DNA of 64,000 nt from an uncultured Gemmatimonadaceae bacterium (GCA_963817955.1 CAWFQK010000004.1:992001-1056000); one strand, 5' to 3'. Shown: positions 37,455-48,310, counted from the stretch's first letter. Notes: generated by a model not told the origin, from the sequence alone. Translations and numbers: made by a program.

Positions 37455-39116
37455 CTAACGACGACGGCTCGCCGTGCCGTGCATCGACCCGAACATGACG
37501 GTCAGCGCGATCGCGGCAGCGCCTCCGAGCACTTCGGCAAGCAGCAACCGGCCGGCGTTGAACGCCTGATAGCACGTAATGCCGCACGCCGTCGCCAGCA
37601 CGCAGTAGATGAGCTGATGCACGCCGGCGTACACCACGAGGACCGATTCATCGATCTCGGTCACACGCACTTGGAACTCCCCACGGTTCGCCCGCTCGAG
37701 CACGCGCTCGATGTCGGCTGGGATGGAGATTGCCCGGCGCGCCCAGGCGGTGAGCTCCGTCCGCAGGAAGTCGCCCCAATCACGTTGTTCGCCGAGTACG
37801 ACTTCCTCCAGATAGGGTCGAATGACCGTCATCGGGTTCCACGACGGCTCCAACTCCGTACACAGTCCCAGGAGCAAGAGCAGCGTGCGCTCCAAGAGCA
37901 CCCAGTCCTTCGGCACCTGAAAAGTAGAGGTCAGCTGCCGGAACGATACGTCGAGCCTTCTGAGGTCGGCCAGCGCCTCCAGCTCCTTGTGCATATCGAC
38001 CTGCAGACTGCCAAGACTGAACGAGTCCCGAGATAGTTGCTCCAAGAACCGGCGCTGTGCATAGTCGATGACCTTGCCGGCGACGTCGGCGCTGGCCGGA
38101 TCCAGGGCAACGAACCCCATCGTACGAATGGCGTCGGTAATGCGCGGAGCGTCACGGTGGATGACGCCGCCGAGGAACGCGAGGATGCCCTGCTTCATCT
38201 GCGGCGCAAGCACGCCCACTGCCCCGAAGTCGACGAAGACAATGGCCCCGTCGCGCCCGACGAAGATGTTGCCCGGATGCGGGTCGGCGTGGTACACGCC
38301 ATCCACGAAGATCATGTGACAATACGCGCCCACGATCCACTCGGCGAGCTGACGGCGATCGAGCCCGCGCGCCTTGAGCTCGGCGAAATCCGTGATCTTC
38401 GTGCCGTCGATGTACTCCGTGACGAGGACGCGCGTCGATGACAACTCGCGGACGACGTGCGGAAACCGCACCGTCGGATCGCCAACGAAATGCTCCGCGA
38501 CACGCTGGATGTTGGTCGCCTCCCGCGCGAAGTCGAGCTCCTCGGAGATCATCGCGCTGATCTCCGGGTGATATGCCTCGAGACCGCGGACGCGAGTGAA
38601 GAACTGCACGATGCGCAGCAACCGGCCGATCGTGTGGAGATCCTCCTGTGCAACGCGCTCGATGTCGGCGTGCTGCGCCTTGACGGCCACCTTGCGCCCA
38701 TCGTGCAGCACGGCGACATGCACCTGGGCCAGAGATGCAGTGGCCACCGGTTCCGGATCGAAGGATGCGAAGATCTTTTCCGGATCCGCGCCAAGCTCAG
38801 CGCGAAGTCGTTTGAGGATCTCATCGTACGGGCGCGGCGGCAGGCTATCCTGCAGCCCCTCCAGCTCACTGCGGAACTCTCCGGGAAGGAAGTTGGACAT
38901 GATGCTGATCAACTGTCCCACCTTGATGAACAGGCCGCCGGCCCCGACAATCGTGCGCTGAATGCGGCGCGCATTGACGCGGTGTCGCCGCTCGAGCGCG
39001 GCGGCGTAGCGCTCAGGCCCTATGAAGGGACGCCTGACGCCGAGCCAGAAGTAACTGGCCAGCACGTGTGCCGTCGTGCCGTAAATTCGGAGAAGTCGAA
39101 AGCGAGGCTGTGCCAT
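37455..39116 (-). CDS. ABC1/AarF/UbiB family kinase-like protein
   Basis: IKVGQ, ATASLAQVH, VAVK, HADPHPGN, DFG. Confidence 0.92.
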   Translation of the reverse strand: MAQPRFRLLRIYGTTAHVLASYFWLGVRRPFIGPERYAAALERRHRVNARRIQRTIVGAGGLFIKVGQLISIMSNFLPGEFRSELEGLQDSLPPRPYDEILKRLRAELGADPEKIFASFDPEPVATASLAQVHVAVLHDGRKVAVKAQHADIERVAQEDLHTIGRLLRIVQFFTRVRGLEAYHPEISAMISEELDFAREATNIQRVAEHFVGDPTVRFPHVVRELSSTRVLVTEYIDGTKITDFAELKARGLDRRQLAEWIVGAYCHMIFVDGVYHADPHPGNIFVGRDGAIVFVDFGAVGVLAPQMKQGILAFLGGVIHRDAPRITDAIRTMGFVALDPASADVAGKVIDYAQRRFLEQLSRDSFSLGSLQVDMHKELEALADLRRLDVSFRQLTSTFQVPKDWVLLERTLLLLLGLCTELEPSWNPMTVIRPYLEEVVLGEQRDWGDFLRTELTAWARRAISIPADIERVLERANRGEFQVRVTEIDESVLVVYAGVHQLIYCVLATACGITCYQAFNAGRLLLAEVLGGAAAIALTVMFGSMHGTASRRR

Positions 39117-39209
39117 GCATCGATGGGATGGTGGTTCTCCCGCCCGGACGACTTACAGTCTAATGTATCTGGCAACCGCTGGCGTTCTCACACCTCCTCG
39201 TCCCCTCCG

Positions 39210-41150
39210 ATGCCCCTCCGAGATGCCCGTACGCCGCTCCGCCACCGTGCGGCGATGATGGCGGCACTGCTGATTCCGATCGCGGCAATGGGCGCCGCGG
39301 GGCAAGTCCGACCATTGGTGGCGGATACGAGCCACTTCCGCGCACTCACGCTGCCGACGCCAAACGTCTATCGCACCGGTTCCGGTCGTCCCGGACCGAA
39401 GTATTGGCAGCAGCGCGTGGACTATCGAATCACCGCGACGCTCGACCCGGACCAGAATGAGCTACGGGGACGCGAAACCATCCACTACGTGAATCACTCG
39501 CCGGATACGCTCGTTTATTTGTGGATGTACGTCGAGCAGAACATCTGCGAACCGACGAGCGTCACGAACGTCCTCAATCAGCCGCCGCTCGTGTTCCTGG
39601 GAACCAGCTTCGACTTCTCCTGCGGCGGCTTCGACAGTACGCCGCGGCTGGACTCGCTCACGATCGCCGGACGGGAAGTGCGGCGAACGCGCTACGGTAC
39701 CACCCTCCGTATCGATCTCGACCATCCGCTTGCGCCAGGCGCAGCACTCGACGTCAGCGCCACGTGGCGTTTCAAGGTACCGGCCCAGGGTGGCGGCCGC
39801 ATGGGGCACGACGGCCCGCTGTACGAGATCGCGCAATGGTATCCCCGCATGGCTGTCTACGACGATGTGAAGGGCTGGAATCACGAGCCATACATTGGCG
39901 CCGGCGAGTTCTATCTCGAGTATGGCAGCTTCGACGTTTCGCTCACCGTCCCAGCGTCATACATCGTTGCGGCGACCGGCGAGTTGCGGAATCCCGAGCA
40001 GGTGCTCACAGCCGATCAACGGCGCCGGTTGGCGCTCGCACGACGCTCGGACACGACCGTCGCCATCATCACCGGAGCAGACGCCGGCAACGTGCAGCGC
40101 ACGCGTCCGAGACAGAGCGGCAGCATGACGTGGCACTTCACGGCCACGAACGTGCGCGATTTCGCGTTCGCGGGCGGTCCTGGCTTTCGATGGGACGCGA
40201 GCGGATACAAGGGCATACTCATCGAGTCATTGTATCGTCCCACGGCCGACAAGTGGCATGAGGTGAACACGATCGGACGTGAAGCGATCAAGTACTACAG
40301 CGAGCAGTGGTTTCCGTATCCCTACTCGCACGCCACGACGGTGGAAGGGCCGGTGGAGGGCATGGAGTATCCCATGCTCACCTTCACGCCGAATAGCCCG
40401 ACGCGCGAGGATCAGCAATGGGTGATCGCTCACGAATTCGGGCATGAGTGGTTTCCAATGATCGTGGGCTCCAACGAGCGGCTCTACCCATGGATGGACG
40501 AGGGCTTCAACACGTTCATTGACCTCGGCAACGCCGCGAAGTATTTCGCCGGCACCCCGTACGGCGACACGATCGAGTTGCATCCGCTGCACCTCTATGC
40601 CGAACACGCCCTGCCGGGCAACGAGCAGCCGCTGATCGAGAAACCGGTCGAGGTGCGCGACCTGTTCTGGGGCGGCTACCAGAAGCCCGCGCTGATGATG
40701 CAGATGCTGCGCTACGAAGTGCTCGGGAAGGACCGCTTCGACGCCGCATTTCGCACCTACATTCGCGCCTGGGCCTATAAGCATCCGACGCCCACCGACT
40801 TCTTCCGCGTCATGCGGGATCAGTCGGGCATGGAGCTGGACTGGTTCTGGCGCGACTGGGTCTTCACCACGGCACGCCTGGATCAGGCGGTCGATTCCGT
40901 CAGTCGCGCCGCCGACGGCACGGTGACGGTGCACCTGAGCAATCGCGGCACCATGGTCATGCCCGGCGAATTGGCGATCACGTTCGACGACGGCACGACG
41001 GCCACGGTGAAGCTACCGATCGAGATGTGGAATCTTGGCGATCGGTTCAGCTATCGCGTGCCGGGAAAGAAAGTAGTGCGGAGTGTGGAGATTGATCCGC
41101 GACATGCGCTGCCGGATGTCGATCGGTCGAATAATCGATGGCCGAGGTGA
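39210..41150 (+). CDS. M1 family metallopeptidase (start 39210 or 39255)
   Basis: YWQQRVDY, QWYPRMAVYDD, GMEYP, HEFGHEWF...WMDEG. Confidence 0.92.
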   Translation: MPLRDARTPLRHRAAMMAALLIPIAAMGAAGQVRPLVADTSHFRALTLPTPNVYRTGSGRPGPKYWQQRVDYRITATLDPDQNELRGRETIHYVNHSPDTLVYLWMYVEQNICEPTSVTNVLNQPPLVFLGTSFDFSCGGFDSTPRLDSLTIAGREVRRTRYGTTLRIDLDHPLAPGAALDVSATWRFKVPAQGGGRMGHDGPLYEIAQWYPRMAVYDDVKGWNHEPYIGAGEFYLEYGSFDVSLTVPASYIVAATGELRNPEQVLTADQRRRLALARRSDTTVAIITGADAGNVQRTRPRQSGSMTWHFTATNVRDFAFAGGPGFRWDASGYKGILIESLYRPTADKWHEVNTIGREAIKYYSEQWFPYPYSHATTVEGPVEGMEYPMLTFTPNSPTREDQQWVIAHEFGHEWFPMIVGSNERLYPWMDEGFNTFIDLGNAAKYFAGTPYGDTIELHPLHLYAEHALPGNEQPLIEKPVEVRDLFWGGYQKPALMMQMLRYEVLGKDRFDAAFRTYIRAWAYKHPTPTDFFRVMRDQSGMELDWFWRDWVFTTARLDQAVDSVSRAADGTVTVHLSNRGTMVMPGELAITFDDGTTATVKLPIEMWNLGDRFSYRVPGKKVVRSVEIDPRHALPDVDRSNNRWPR

Positions 41151-41347
41151 GACACGGGACACGGGACACGGGACACGAGAAACTCACAACGCACAACTCA
41201 CCACTGGAAACTCGAAACTCGCCGACCGGTGGGCCGACCGGTACGGAGCAGCCAGCGACATCCAGCCGGTCAAAAGAGATCCTTCGCTCCGCTCAGGATG
41301 ACAGGCCGTCGCTCCGGATGACGTGCCTTCGCGTGTCCCGTGTCCCG
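41149..41347. repeat. Composite intergenic repeat: GACACGG tract, core, REP-like motif x2, inverted CGTGTCC tract
   Basis: Core shared with 21330-21432; AGATCCTTCGCTCCGCTCAGGATGAC (41277-41302) shared with 48334-48359. Confidence 0.85.
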
Positions 41348-41351
41348 CATT

Positions 41352-42530
41352 TTACGCCGGCCAGATGTTGCCGAGCACGCGTGCCCAGTTGCCGCCGAGT
41401 ATGAGTTTGATCTGATCGTCCGAGTACTTGCGGCGGATGAGTCCTTCGGTGAGGTCGTACATCCGTAACGGATGATCCAGGCCGCGGATCGTCAAGCGGC
41501 CGCTGGCGTCTGAGTGCACGTGATAGCGATCGAAGTTCGGCTGGCTGCTTGGCATCTGTTGCTTCGTGCCAGTCACCGGATTCGGGTTGCCTGGGATGTC
41601 CATGTCGCTACCCACACCGACATGCTCGACACCGACGAGTCTCGCCACGTAATCGAAATGATCGAGTGCGTCCTCGATCGTGACAGGCTCACGGTCCTTG
41701 ATCACGAAGCGGAGGAAAGGAATGCCCATGACACCGCCGGTCGCCGCCATCTTGCGGATCGCCTCGTCGGTCTTGCAGCGGAGGTGGCCCGGCACGAGCG
41801 CGCGACAACTGGCATGGCTGAAGATCACCGGCTTCGTGGCGGAGGTGAGCGTGTCCAGGGTGGTGCGATCGGCGCAGTGCGATACGTCGACCGCCATGCC
41901 CACCTGTTCCATGCGTCGCACGATAGAATGGCCGAAAATCGTGAGACCGCTATCACTCTCCTCCAGGAACCCTGACCCGATACGGTTTTGATAGTTGTAG
42001 GTGAGCTGCGACACCCGCTGGCCAAGGGTGAAGAACTCATCCACATCATCAGGCGACCGAAAGTGATCGGAGTTCTGGAAGGTGAGCATCACGCCCATCC
42101 GACCGGGCGTCCGGACACGATCGAAGTCCTTGACGTCGTCGATCCGGGTGAACCACTGATCGTAGCTCGCTACGAAGCCGCTCCACTCGGCGAACCATTT
42201 GATGGCGCTCTGATAGTCGTTGGCGCTGTGTCCCAGCGCGAGCACACGGATGTGCGAGGCCCGATACGGTTCGAAATCGGCGGCGGTGAACGAATTCGCC
42301 TTCGTGAGCCAGAGCGTCGCTTTGGGCGGTTGTACCGCAAAGTCGTCGAACCGGAACTGATTCAGCAGATCAATGGCCAGCGCTTCTTCCATGAGTCGCA
42401 CGGCGCGCGCCGAATACTCTTGCTGCGAGTGCGCGGTCAGGCGAAAGCGACCGCGCAGAATCATCGGCGCTGCCAGGGCTACGACGGCGAGTTCCTTGAG
42501 CGACTCGCGTCGGGATATGGGCTGGGTCAT
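41352..42530 (-). CDS. Membrane dipeptidase (M19 family) with Tat-like signal
   Basis: SRRESLK, QLTYN, DVSH, FSH, HFDYV, HVGVGSD, ILGGNW. Confidence 0.88.
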   Translation of the reverse strand: MTQPISRRESLKELAVVALAAPMILRGRFRLTAHSQQEYSARAVRLMEEALAIDLLNQFRFDDFAVQPPKATLWLTKANSFTAADFEPYRASHIRVLALGHSANDYQSAIKWFAEWSGFVASYDQWFTRIDDVKDFDRVRTPGRMGVMLTFQNSDHFRSPDDVDEFFTLGQRVSQLTYNYQNRIGSGFLEESDSGLTIFGHSIVRRMEQVGMAVDVSHCADRTTLDTLTSATKPVIFSHASCRALVPGHLRCKTDEAIRKMAATGGVMGIPFLRFVIKDREPVTIEDALDHFDYVARLVGVEHVGVGSDMDIPGNPNPVTGTKQQMPSSQPNFDRYHVHSDASGRLTIRGLDHPLRMYDLTEGLIRRKYSDDQIKLILGGNWARVLGNIWPA

Positions 42531-43210
42531 GTGATCGCTCCCGAGGTCAGTGAACGTACAATCTCGCCGATCTGCCGACCCTCGGCGTCGCCGCGCGCGT
42601 GCACCTGCGTCACCCCTGCGCGGCGTACTATCTGAAGCGCGTTGTTGCCCCGCACCTTGCCGCCGGCGAGGATCTCGATGCGCCCTCGCGATTGCGCCAC
42701 GAGCCCCGCGAGCTCGGCAGCGCCTTCGAGCGCGGTCGGTGCGCCCCCCGACGTGAGCACGCGTGCGATACCGACGCCTATGAGCTCGTCGAGCGCTCGC
42801 ACACGGTCCGGCGTCCGGTCGAATGCGCGGTGGAACACCACTGGGGTCTCGGCGGCTCGCGCGACCAGATCGCGCGTCGCCACGACGTCGATGTTCCCCG
42901 CGGCATCCAAGGCGCCCACGACCAGGCCATCGACGCCGACCGCTCTCGCCATTTCGATGTCACGGTGCATACTCGCCAGTTCCGCGGCGGAGTAGACGAA
43001 GTCGCCGCCTCGTGGCCGAATCATCACCGCAATCGGAATTCGGACTCGCGCGCTGACGGCGGCGATCAAATCCGCAGCCGGCGTGGTGCCGCCAACGTCG
43101 AGATTCGCGCACAATTCCAGGCGTGCCGCCCCGGCGCGCTCGGCGGCAACGGCTTCATCGACTGACTCGACCGCGGCTTCGACGAGCACGACGCTATCCT
43201 CCATGACCAT
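42527..43210 (-). CDS. cutC: Copper homeostasis protein CutC
   Basis: RLELC..L.VGGTTP, MIRPRGGDF, FHRAFD, RVLTSG. Confidence 0.93.
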   Translation of the reverse strand: MVMEDSVVLVEAAVESVDEAVAAERAGAARLELCANLDVGGTTPAADLIAAVSARVRIPIAVMIRPRGGDFVYSAAELASMHRDIEMARAVGVDGLVVGALDAAGNIDVVATRDLVARAAETPVVFHRAFDRTPDRVRALDELIGVGIARVLTSGGAPTALEGAAELAGLVAQSRGRIEILAGGKVRGNNALQIVRRAGVTQVHARGDAEGRQIGEIVRSLTSGAIT

Positions 43211-43324
43211 CGGAATCACCTCCACTGAGCGCGGCAACGGGACCAGGATCGGTAGCGCCTCCTCCGGACGCCTCTCTATCTTCGCCCCTCCCGTAGATTT
43301 CGCGCAACGCTTCCCGGGTAGCCA

Positions 43325-44491
43325 ATGTCGTTTCACGACCGACCGCAATTACCGCGCGGCTTTCGCTGTGCGAGCCGCAACTGTGGCCTCAAGCCGAAGG
43401 CAAAGGACCTGGCGCTCTTCGTGAGCGACGTCGAAGCCACGGCCGCCGCGGTCTTCACACGTAACCACTTTCCCGGCGCGCCCATTATCCTGGGCCGCGA
43501 GACCATACAATCGGGGCGGCTGCGGGCCATTGTGGCCAACAGCAAATGCAGCAACGTGGCGACGGGCCCTAAAGGCGTGGACAACGCCCGCCGCATGGCG
43601 ACGGCCGCCGCGGCCGAAATCGGCACGACCGCCGACCGCGTGCTCGTCAGCTCCACTGGGGTCATTGGCGTGCCGCTGCCAATCGAAATCATCGAACGCG
43701 GCATCCGTGGCATGTCGGCGACGCTGCAGAACGATCCGCTCGTCGGCGCCGAGGGCATCATGACCACAGACACCTACGCGAAGGCGCTGTCGGTGAGCGT
43801 CGGGAACGCCACGATCACCTGGGTCGCAAAGGGTTCGGGGATGATCGAGCCGAACATGGCGACGATGCTCGCGTACATCTTCACCGACGCCGCCTTCAAT
43901 CGTGCGACGCTGGACCGCCTGCTGCGCGACGCGGTGCACGTCTCATTCAACATGTTGTCGGTGGACAGCGATACGAGCACGTCGGACACCTGTGCGATCT
44001 TGGCCAACGGCGAGGCCGGAGCTGTGGATGAGCAAGCGTTTGCCGAAGCGCTCACCGCCGGCTGTGTGAGGATGACGGAGATGCTGGCTCGCGACGGCGA
44101 GGGTGCCAAGCACTTGATCCGCGCCATCGTGAAGGCGGCAGCAAACGGCGAGGACGCCCGGCGAGTAGCCAAGTCGCTCATCAACTCGCCGCTCGTGAAG
44201 ACGATGGTGTTCGGCGCCGATCCGAATGTCGGGCGCTTGCTGATGGCCATCGGCAAATGCTTCGACTGCGGCGTTCGCGCCGAGTCGACCGACGTGTGGA
44301 TCAACGGCCACGGCGTGGTTCGAAACGGCCAGCGGCTTGCGTTCGACGACGCCACCGTGCGCGAGGCGCTGAAGGCCGAGGTCGTGAACCTCGAGGTATC
44401 GCTCGGCCTTGGCAGCGCGACGGCAACGGCATACGGATGCGATCTCACCCAGGGATACATCGACGAGAACTCGGCATACTACTCCAGCTGA
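43325..44491 (+). CDS. argJ: Ornithine acetyltransferase ArgJ
   Basis: SSTGVIG, IMTTDT, KGSGMIEPNMATML, VDSDTSTSD, RDGEGA. Confidence 0.95.
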   Translation: MSFHDRPQLPRGFRCASRNCGLKPKAKDLALFVSDVEATAAAVFTRNHFPGAPIILGRETIQSGRLRAIVANSKCSNVATGPKGVDNARRMATAAAAEIGTTADRVLVSSTGVIGVPLPIEIIERGIRGMSATLQNDPLVGAEGIMTTDTYAKALSVSVGNATITWVAKGSGMIEPNMATMLAYIFTDAAFNRATLDRLLRDAVHVSFNMLSVDSDTSTSDTCAILANGEAGAVDEQAFAEALTAGCVRMTEMLARDGEGAKHLIRAIVKAAANGEDARRVAKSLINSPLVKTMVFGADPNVGRLLMAIGKCFDCGVRAESTDVWINGHGVVRNGQRLAFDDATVREALKAEVVNLEVSLGLGSATATAYGCDLTQGYIDENSAYYSS

Positions 44492-44516
44492 CGACGACCC
44501 TGGCGTACCCCGACGT

Positions 44517-45494
44517 CTACAGCCGGTAGAGCGCCTGCGCGTTCTCCCCGAGAATCTTCTTTCGCTCAGGTTCCGACACGCGCAGGGCAGCGAGGCTCGA
44601 CTTCATCTTCGAGATGCTGCCAATCTGATGTGGATAGTCGCTTGCTGCCATGATCCGGTCCGCGCCGGCAAAGTCGACCGCGAGCCGTACGGCCGTTGGG
44701 TCGAAGTTGACGGTATCGTAATAGAAGTTCCGTAGATACTCGCTGGGCTTTCGCGCAATGTCCGCGCGACAATCGGGGAATGCCTCCCAGCCGCGATCGA
44801 GGCGCTCGGCGAGATATGGGATAGCGCCACCGAGGTGGCTGAGCACCCACTTGATGTTCGGGTATTTCTCCGGGACCCCGGCGAACACGAGCTTCGCCGC
44901 GGCGAGGGTCGTATCCATGAGAAAGCCGACCAGCGGCATGAGCCAATAGTCGGTCATGGCCTCGACGCCGACGGGGTCAGTGGGGTGGATGTGGAGCACC
45001 GCGCCCAGGCGATCGGCCTCGGCGTACAGCGGGAAGAAGCGCGGATCGGCGAGCGCCACGCCGTTCACGTTGCTGAACAGCATCGCGCCCGGCATGCCCA
45101 GCGTGGTGACGGCCCGAGTGAGCTCCGTGACCGACGCGGCTGGGTCGCACAACGGGAGGGTCGCTAGTGCGGCGAACCGTGGCGAGCGCTCGCGCACGAC
45201 CGTGGCGAAGGCATCGTTCACCATCGAGGCAAAGCGAACGGCGCGATCGGGCGGTTCTACGTGTGTGCCTGGCGTGGTGAACGTGATCACCTGCGTGTCA
45301 ACGCCCTCTCGCTCGAGCACTGTCTGCCGGTAAGCGATGTCGCGATGGCCACGCACCGCGACGTTGTAATCGCCGGGATAGTGGAGGCAGGGATTCCCCT
45401 CCGCGTCGATCGTGACTTTGACCGCACTGTCACCGGACCGCAATGCGTCGATGTACTCGGGCGGATAGAAATGGTTATGAACGTCAATCAGCAT
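44517..45494 (-). CDS. Amidohydrolase-2 family protein (ACMSD/decarboxylase-like)
   Basis: IDVHNH, IHP, SHLGGAIPY, YYDTV, SDYPH. Confidence 0.88.
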   Translation of the reverse strand: MLIDVHNHFYPPEYIDALRSGDSAVKVTIDAEGNPCLHYPGDYNVAVRGHRDIAYRQTVLEREGVDTQVITFTTPGTHVEPPDRAVRFASMVNDAFATVVRERSPRFAALATLPLCDPAASVTELTRAVTTLGMPGAMLFSNVNGVALADPRFFPLYAEADRLGAVLHIHPTDPVGVEAMTDYWLMPLVGFLMDTTLAAAKLVFAGVPEKYPNIKWVLSHLGGAIPYLAERLDRGWEAFPDCRADIARKPSEYLRNFYYDTVNFDPTAVRLAVDFAGADRIMAASDYPHQIGSISKMKSSLAALRVSEPERKKILGENAQALYRL

Positions 45495-46827
45495 GGATTG
45501 TTGCGGAAGGAGGAGGAGATGAAGGGGACAGCGGTTTGCGCAGCCACAACGCGTACACCAGCAGTCCGGCACCGACGAAGATCAAACCTGTTCGGCTTTC
45601 GGCGGGATCGGTGACGAGCTGATTGATCACAATGTACGCCGAGCAAACGATGAACACGATCGGGACGAACGGATAGCCCCAGACCCGGTACGCCGGCGCA
45701 TATGAGGCGCGGCGGCGCAGGCGAAAAAGCCCCGCAGCCATGAGCGCAAAGAAGATCCACTCGGTGTAGACCACCCGGGTGAACAGCACCCGGTAGGTAC
45801 CCGTTGAGACGAGGGCAATCGCCCACGCGCCTTGGAGGAGGATGGCGCGATGGGGCGTCCGAAAGCGCGGATGAATCGCCGCGGCCCAGGACACGAACAG
45901 GCCGTCGCGGGCCATAGCGAGATACGCGCGCGGCCCGGAGAGAATGACGCCATTGAGCGCACCAAAGGTCGATACGACGACAATGATCGACATCAGCGCC
46001 GCGCCGCCATGCCCCAGCACGACGTCGGCGGCGTCGGCGGCTACCCGCGTTGACCCGGCAATGCGCGCCGGTGGCAAGAGGTGGAAGTATGCAGCGTTCA
46101 GTGCGATGTAGCAGACCGTCACGATGAGCACGCCCACCACGAGCGCGCGTGGAATGGTGCGCTCAGGCTCGTGGGTCTCTTCGGCCGCGTATGTAACCAT
46201 GTGCCAACCGCCAAAAGCGAACAACCCTGCAACAACGGCCAGCGAGAAGCTCCGGGCGGTGAGCGGTGCCGCGGAGGCCGCAGGCATCGAGGCCTCCCCA
46301 ACCGCGGATGCCGGCCCGAGGGCAAACGCCACGACGATGATCGCGACGATTGCGCCTACCTTGGCAATCGTCAGGGTCGTTTGCAACAGCGTGCCACCGC
46401 GCACGCCGAGGTAGTTGACCGCGGTGAGCACGGCAATCGCTCCCACGGCGAGCGCACGCGTGCCCGTATCTCCGACCGGAACGAAGAACGCCATGTAGCG
46501 AGCAAAGATCATGGCGATGACGGCGATGATGCCCGTGTGCATCGTCCAGAACATCGCCCAGCCCCAGAGGAAACCAAGCGCCGGAGAAAATGCTTCGCGC
46601 AGGAAGACGTACACTCCGCCGGCTTCGGGAAACGCCGAAGCCAGCTCGGCCGCGATGAGCGCGCCAAACAGCGTGAGCACGCCGGAGACGAGCCACACGG
46701 CGTACACGCTGGCAGGAGTCGCGACGGCGCCAGCGATGACCGACGGCTGCACGAAGATGGAGGCGCCAATGATGATGCCAACCACCAGGGCGGTGGCATG
46801 CAGTGGCGTGATCGAACGGGAGAGCAT
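45484..46827 (-). CDS. APC family amino acid permease
   Basis: GIIIGASIF, GGVYVFL, FAFGGW, about 12 TM segments, YRVWGYP. Confidence 0.92.
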   Translation of the reverse strand: MLSRSITPLHATALVVGIIIGASIFVQPSVIAGAVATPASVYAVWLVSGVLTLFGALIAAELASAFPEAGGVYVFLREAFSPALGFLWGWAMFWTMHTGIIAVIAMIFARYMAFFVPVGDTGTRALAVGAIAVLTAVNYLGVRGGTLLQTTLTIAKVGAIVAIIVVAFALGPASAVGEASMPAASAAPLTARSFSLAVVAGLFAFGGWHMVTYAAEETHEPERTIPRALVVGVLIVTVCYIALNAAYFHLLPPARIAGSTRVAADAADVVLGHGGAALMSIIVVVSTFGALNGVILSGPRAYLAMARDGLFVSWAAAIHPRFRTPHRAILLQGAWAIALVSTGTYRVLFTRVVYTEWIFFALMAAGLFRLRRRASYAPAYRVWGYPFVPIVFIVCSAYIVINQLVTDPAESRTGLIFVGAGLLVYALWLRKPLSPSSPPPSATIHAD

Positions 46828-47126
46828 AAGGCCACTAAGTTGAGAGGCAATGGCCCTCGTGACCAGAGGCACGACCAATCTGTCACAAGGATGGGACGCC
46901 GCACTGTCCGGTCGGGCAGACGATGGCCCGTCTTCCCGGCGTGCGCTGCGTCACAAATATTTCGGCGCAGGAAACCGCGAAAGCAGGGCAACCCTCGGTC
47001 GCACTGCGATTTGCGCAGGCGCGAAACCGCCGCGGGCAAAGCATTACGATTTCGGCACGAGGGGTGCCATTCCGAAGCATGTCATTCCGGTCGCGCTGAT
47101 CGCGATCGGCTTCCCGGGAGTGATCC

Positions 47127-47966
47127 ATGAGAATGCAACGTTGGATTCAGCACACTATTCCTCTTGCCACGATTGCGCTCATCACTGCAGCCCCGGTGGC
47201 CTTGGCGCAACGGGGTAGAGACAACAACGGCGGCAGTTCCGGATCGCAGATCTTCGAATGGTCCGGCCGAGTGGATCGCGAGGTTCAGATCTCGATGCGC
47301 GACAACCAGGTCTGGGCGCGCTACATCGGAAACAACGAGTCCGGACGCGGGCGCTCGCGCGTCGTCTCCGCCCTGCCGCGCCGGGACGGCCAAGTCGCTG
47401 CGCGGATCATCGACGGCCGCGGCAGTGTGGACGTGATTCAGCAACCATCCGCGCAGAACGGTTATACGACGGTCGTGCGCATCCAGGATCCCGCCAGCGG
47501 CGCGGACAACTACCGTGTGGCGGCCTATTGGCAGACCTACTCCAACGACGACGTCAACAGCAATCGTGGGAACGGGCGAGGTCGCGGCCGCGATGAGGAC
47601 CGCAACAACGATCGGAATCGCGATGCCTCCGATCGTGACCGCCAGCAAGGACAGTACAACCAGGGTGGCAATCGCACCGTGATGCACTGGAGCGGGAACG
47701 TCGACAACGAGCTCGAGATTCGCATTCAGAACGGCCGCGTCGACTATCGCACGATCTCCGGCGCCCAGCCAACGAGCATCCGCGCGGACCGCGGCAGCAT
47801 GAACATCTCGTCAAACACACGGCTTGGCGTGGTGCAAAATCAGGGACGCGGCTCGGTAACGATTGTGCAGCAGCCGTCCTCGCGGAACGGCAACACGACA
47901 GTTATCCGTGTGCGCGACCCGCAGAGCGGCTACGGCTTCTACGATTTCGATCTGATCATGCAGTAA
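47127..47966 (+). CDS. Secreted hypothetical protein with a duplicated beta-rich domain
   Basis: Signal peptide; two copies of WSG.VD.E..I...GRGSV...QQPS..NG.TTV.R..DP.SG...Y. Confidence 0.75.
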   Translation: MRMQRWIQHTIPLATIALITAAPVALAQRGRDNNGGSSGSQIFEWSGRVDREVQISMRDNQVWARYIGNNESGRGRSRVVSALPRRDGQVAARIIDGRGSVDVIQQPSAQNGYTTVVRIQDPASGADNYRVAAYWQTYSNDDVNSNRGNGRGRGRDEDRNNDRNRDASDRDRQQGQYNQGGNRTVMHWSGNVDNELEIRIQNGRVDYRTISGAQPTSIRADRGSMNISSNTRLGVVQNQGRGSVTIVQQPSSRNGNTTVIRVRDPQSGYGFYDFDLIMQ

Positions 47967-48075
47967 TCCAACTCAGATGGCGGCGGTGCATGGGGCGAAC
48001 AGGAACCATGCACCGCTCGATTTCGGAACTCGTTGGCAGCCGAGTTCAGCCGACATGGGGTCGCGTGGTTTTTTG

Positions 48076-48310
48076 AACGCAGAGGTCGCAGAGAACTGCA
48101 AGAGAACTGCAAGAGAACTACAAGAGAACTGAAAAGGGAACCGCGTATAGATGGGACGCTCGAGGCGGTTCACCATCCGGATGATCCCATCTTTCAGCTG
48201 CGCGCCTCCGAGGGTCACGACGGCATCATCCAAGACACCAGGATAACATCTTCTCGGTGTTCCTCTGCAGTTCTCTGCGTTCTCTTGCAGTTCTCTGCGA
48301 CCTCTGCGTT
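48076..48310. mobile_element. MITE-like cassette with 32-bp perfect inverted repeats enclosing a GxxExxY-like C-terminal remnant
   Basis: 48076-48107 is the exact reverse complement of 48279-48310; 11-bp GAGAACTGCAA tandem units; the minus strand reads GGAQLKDGIIRMVNRL. Confidence 0.6.

Noticed and set aside
38457..39209. 897-aa version of the M1 peptidase
   Set aside because: The extension is antisense to the AarF/UbiB gene; the signal peptide begins after 39210.
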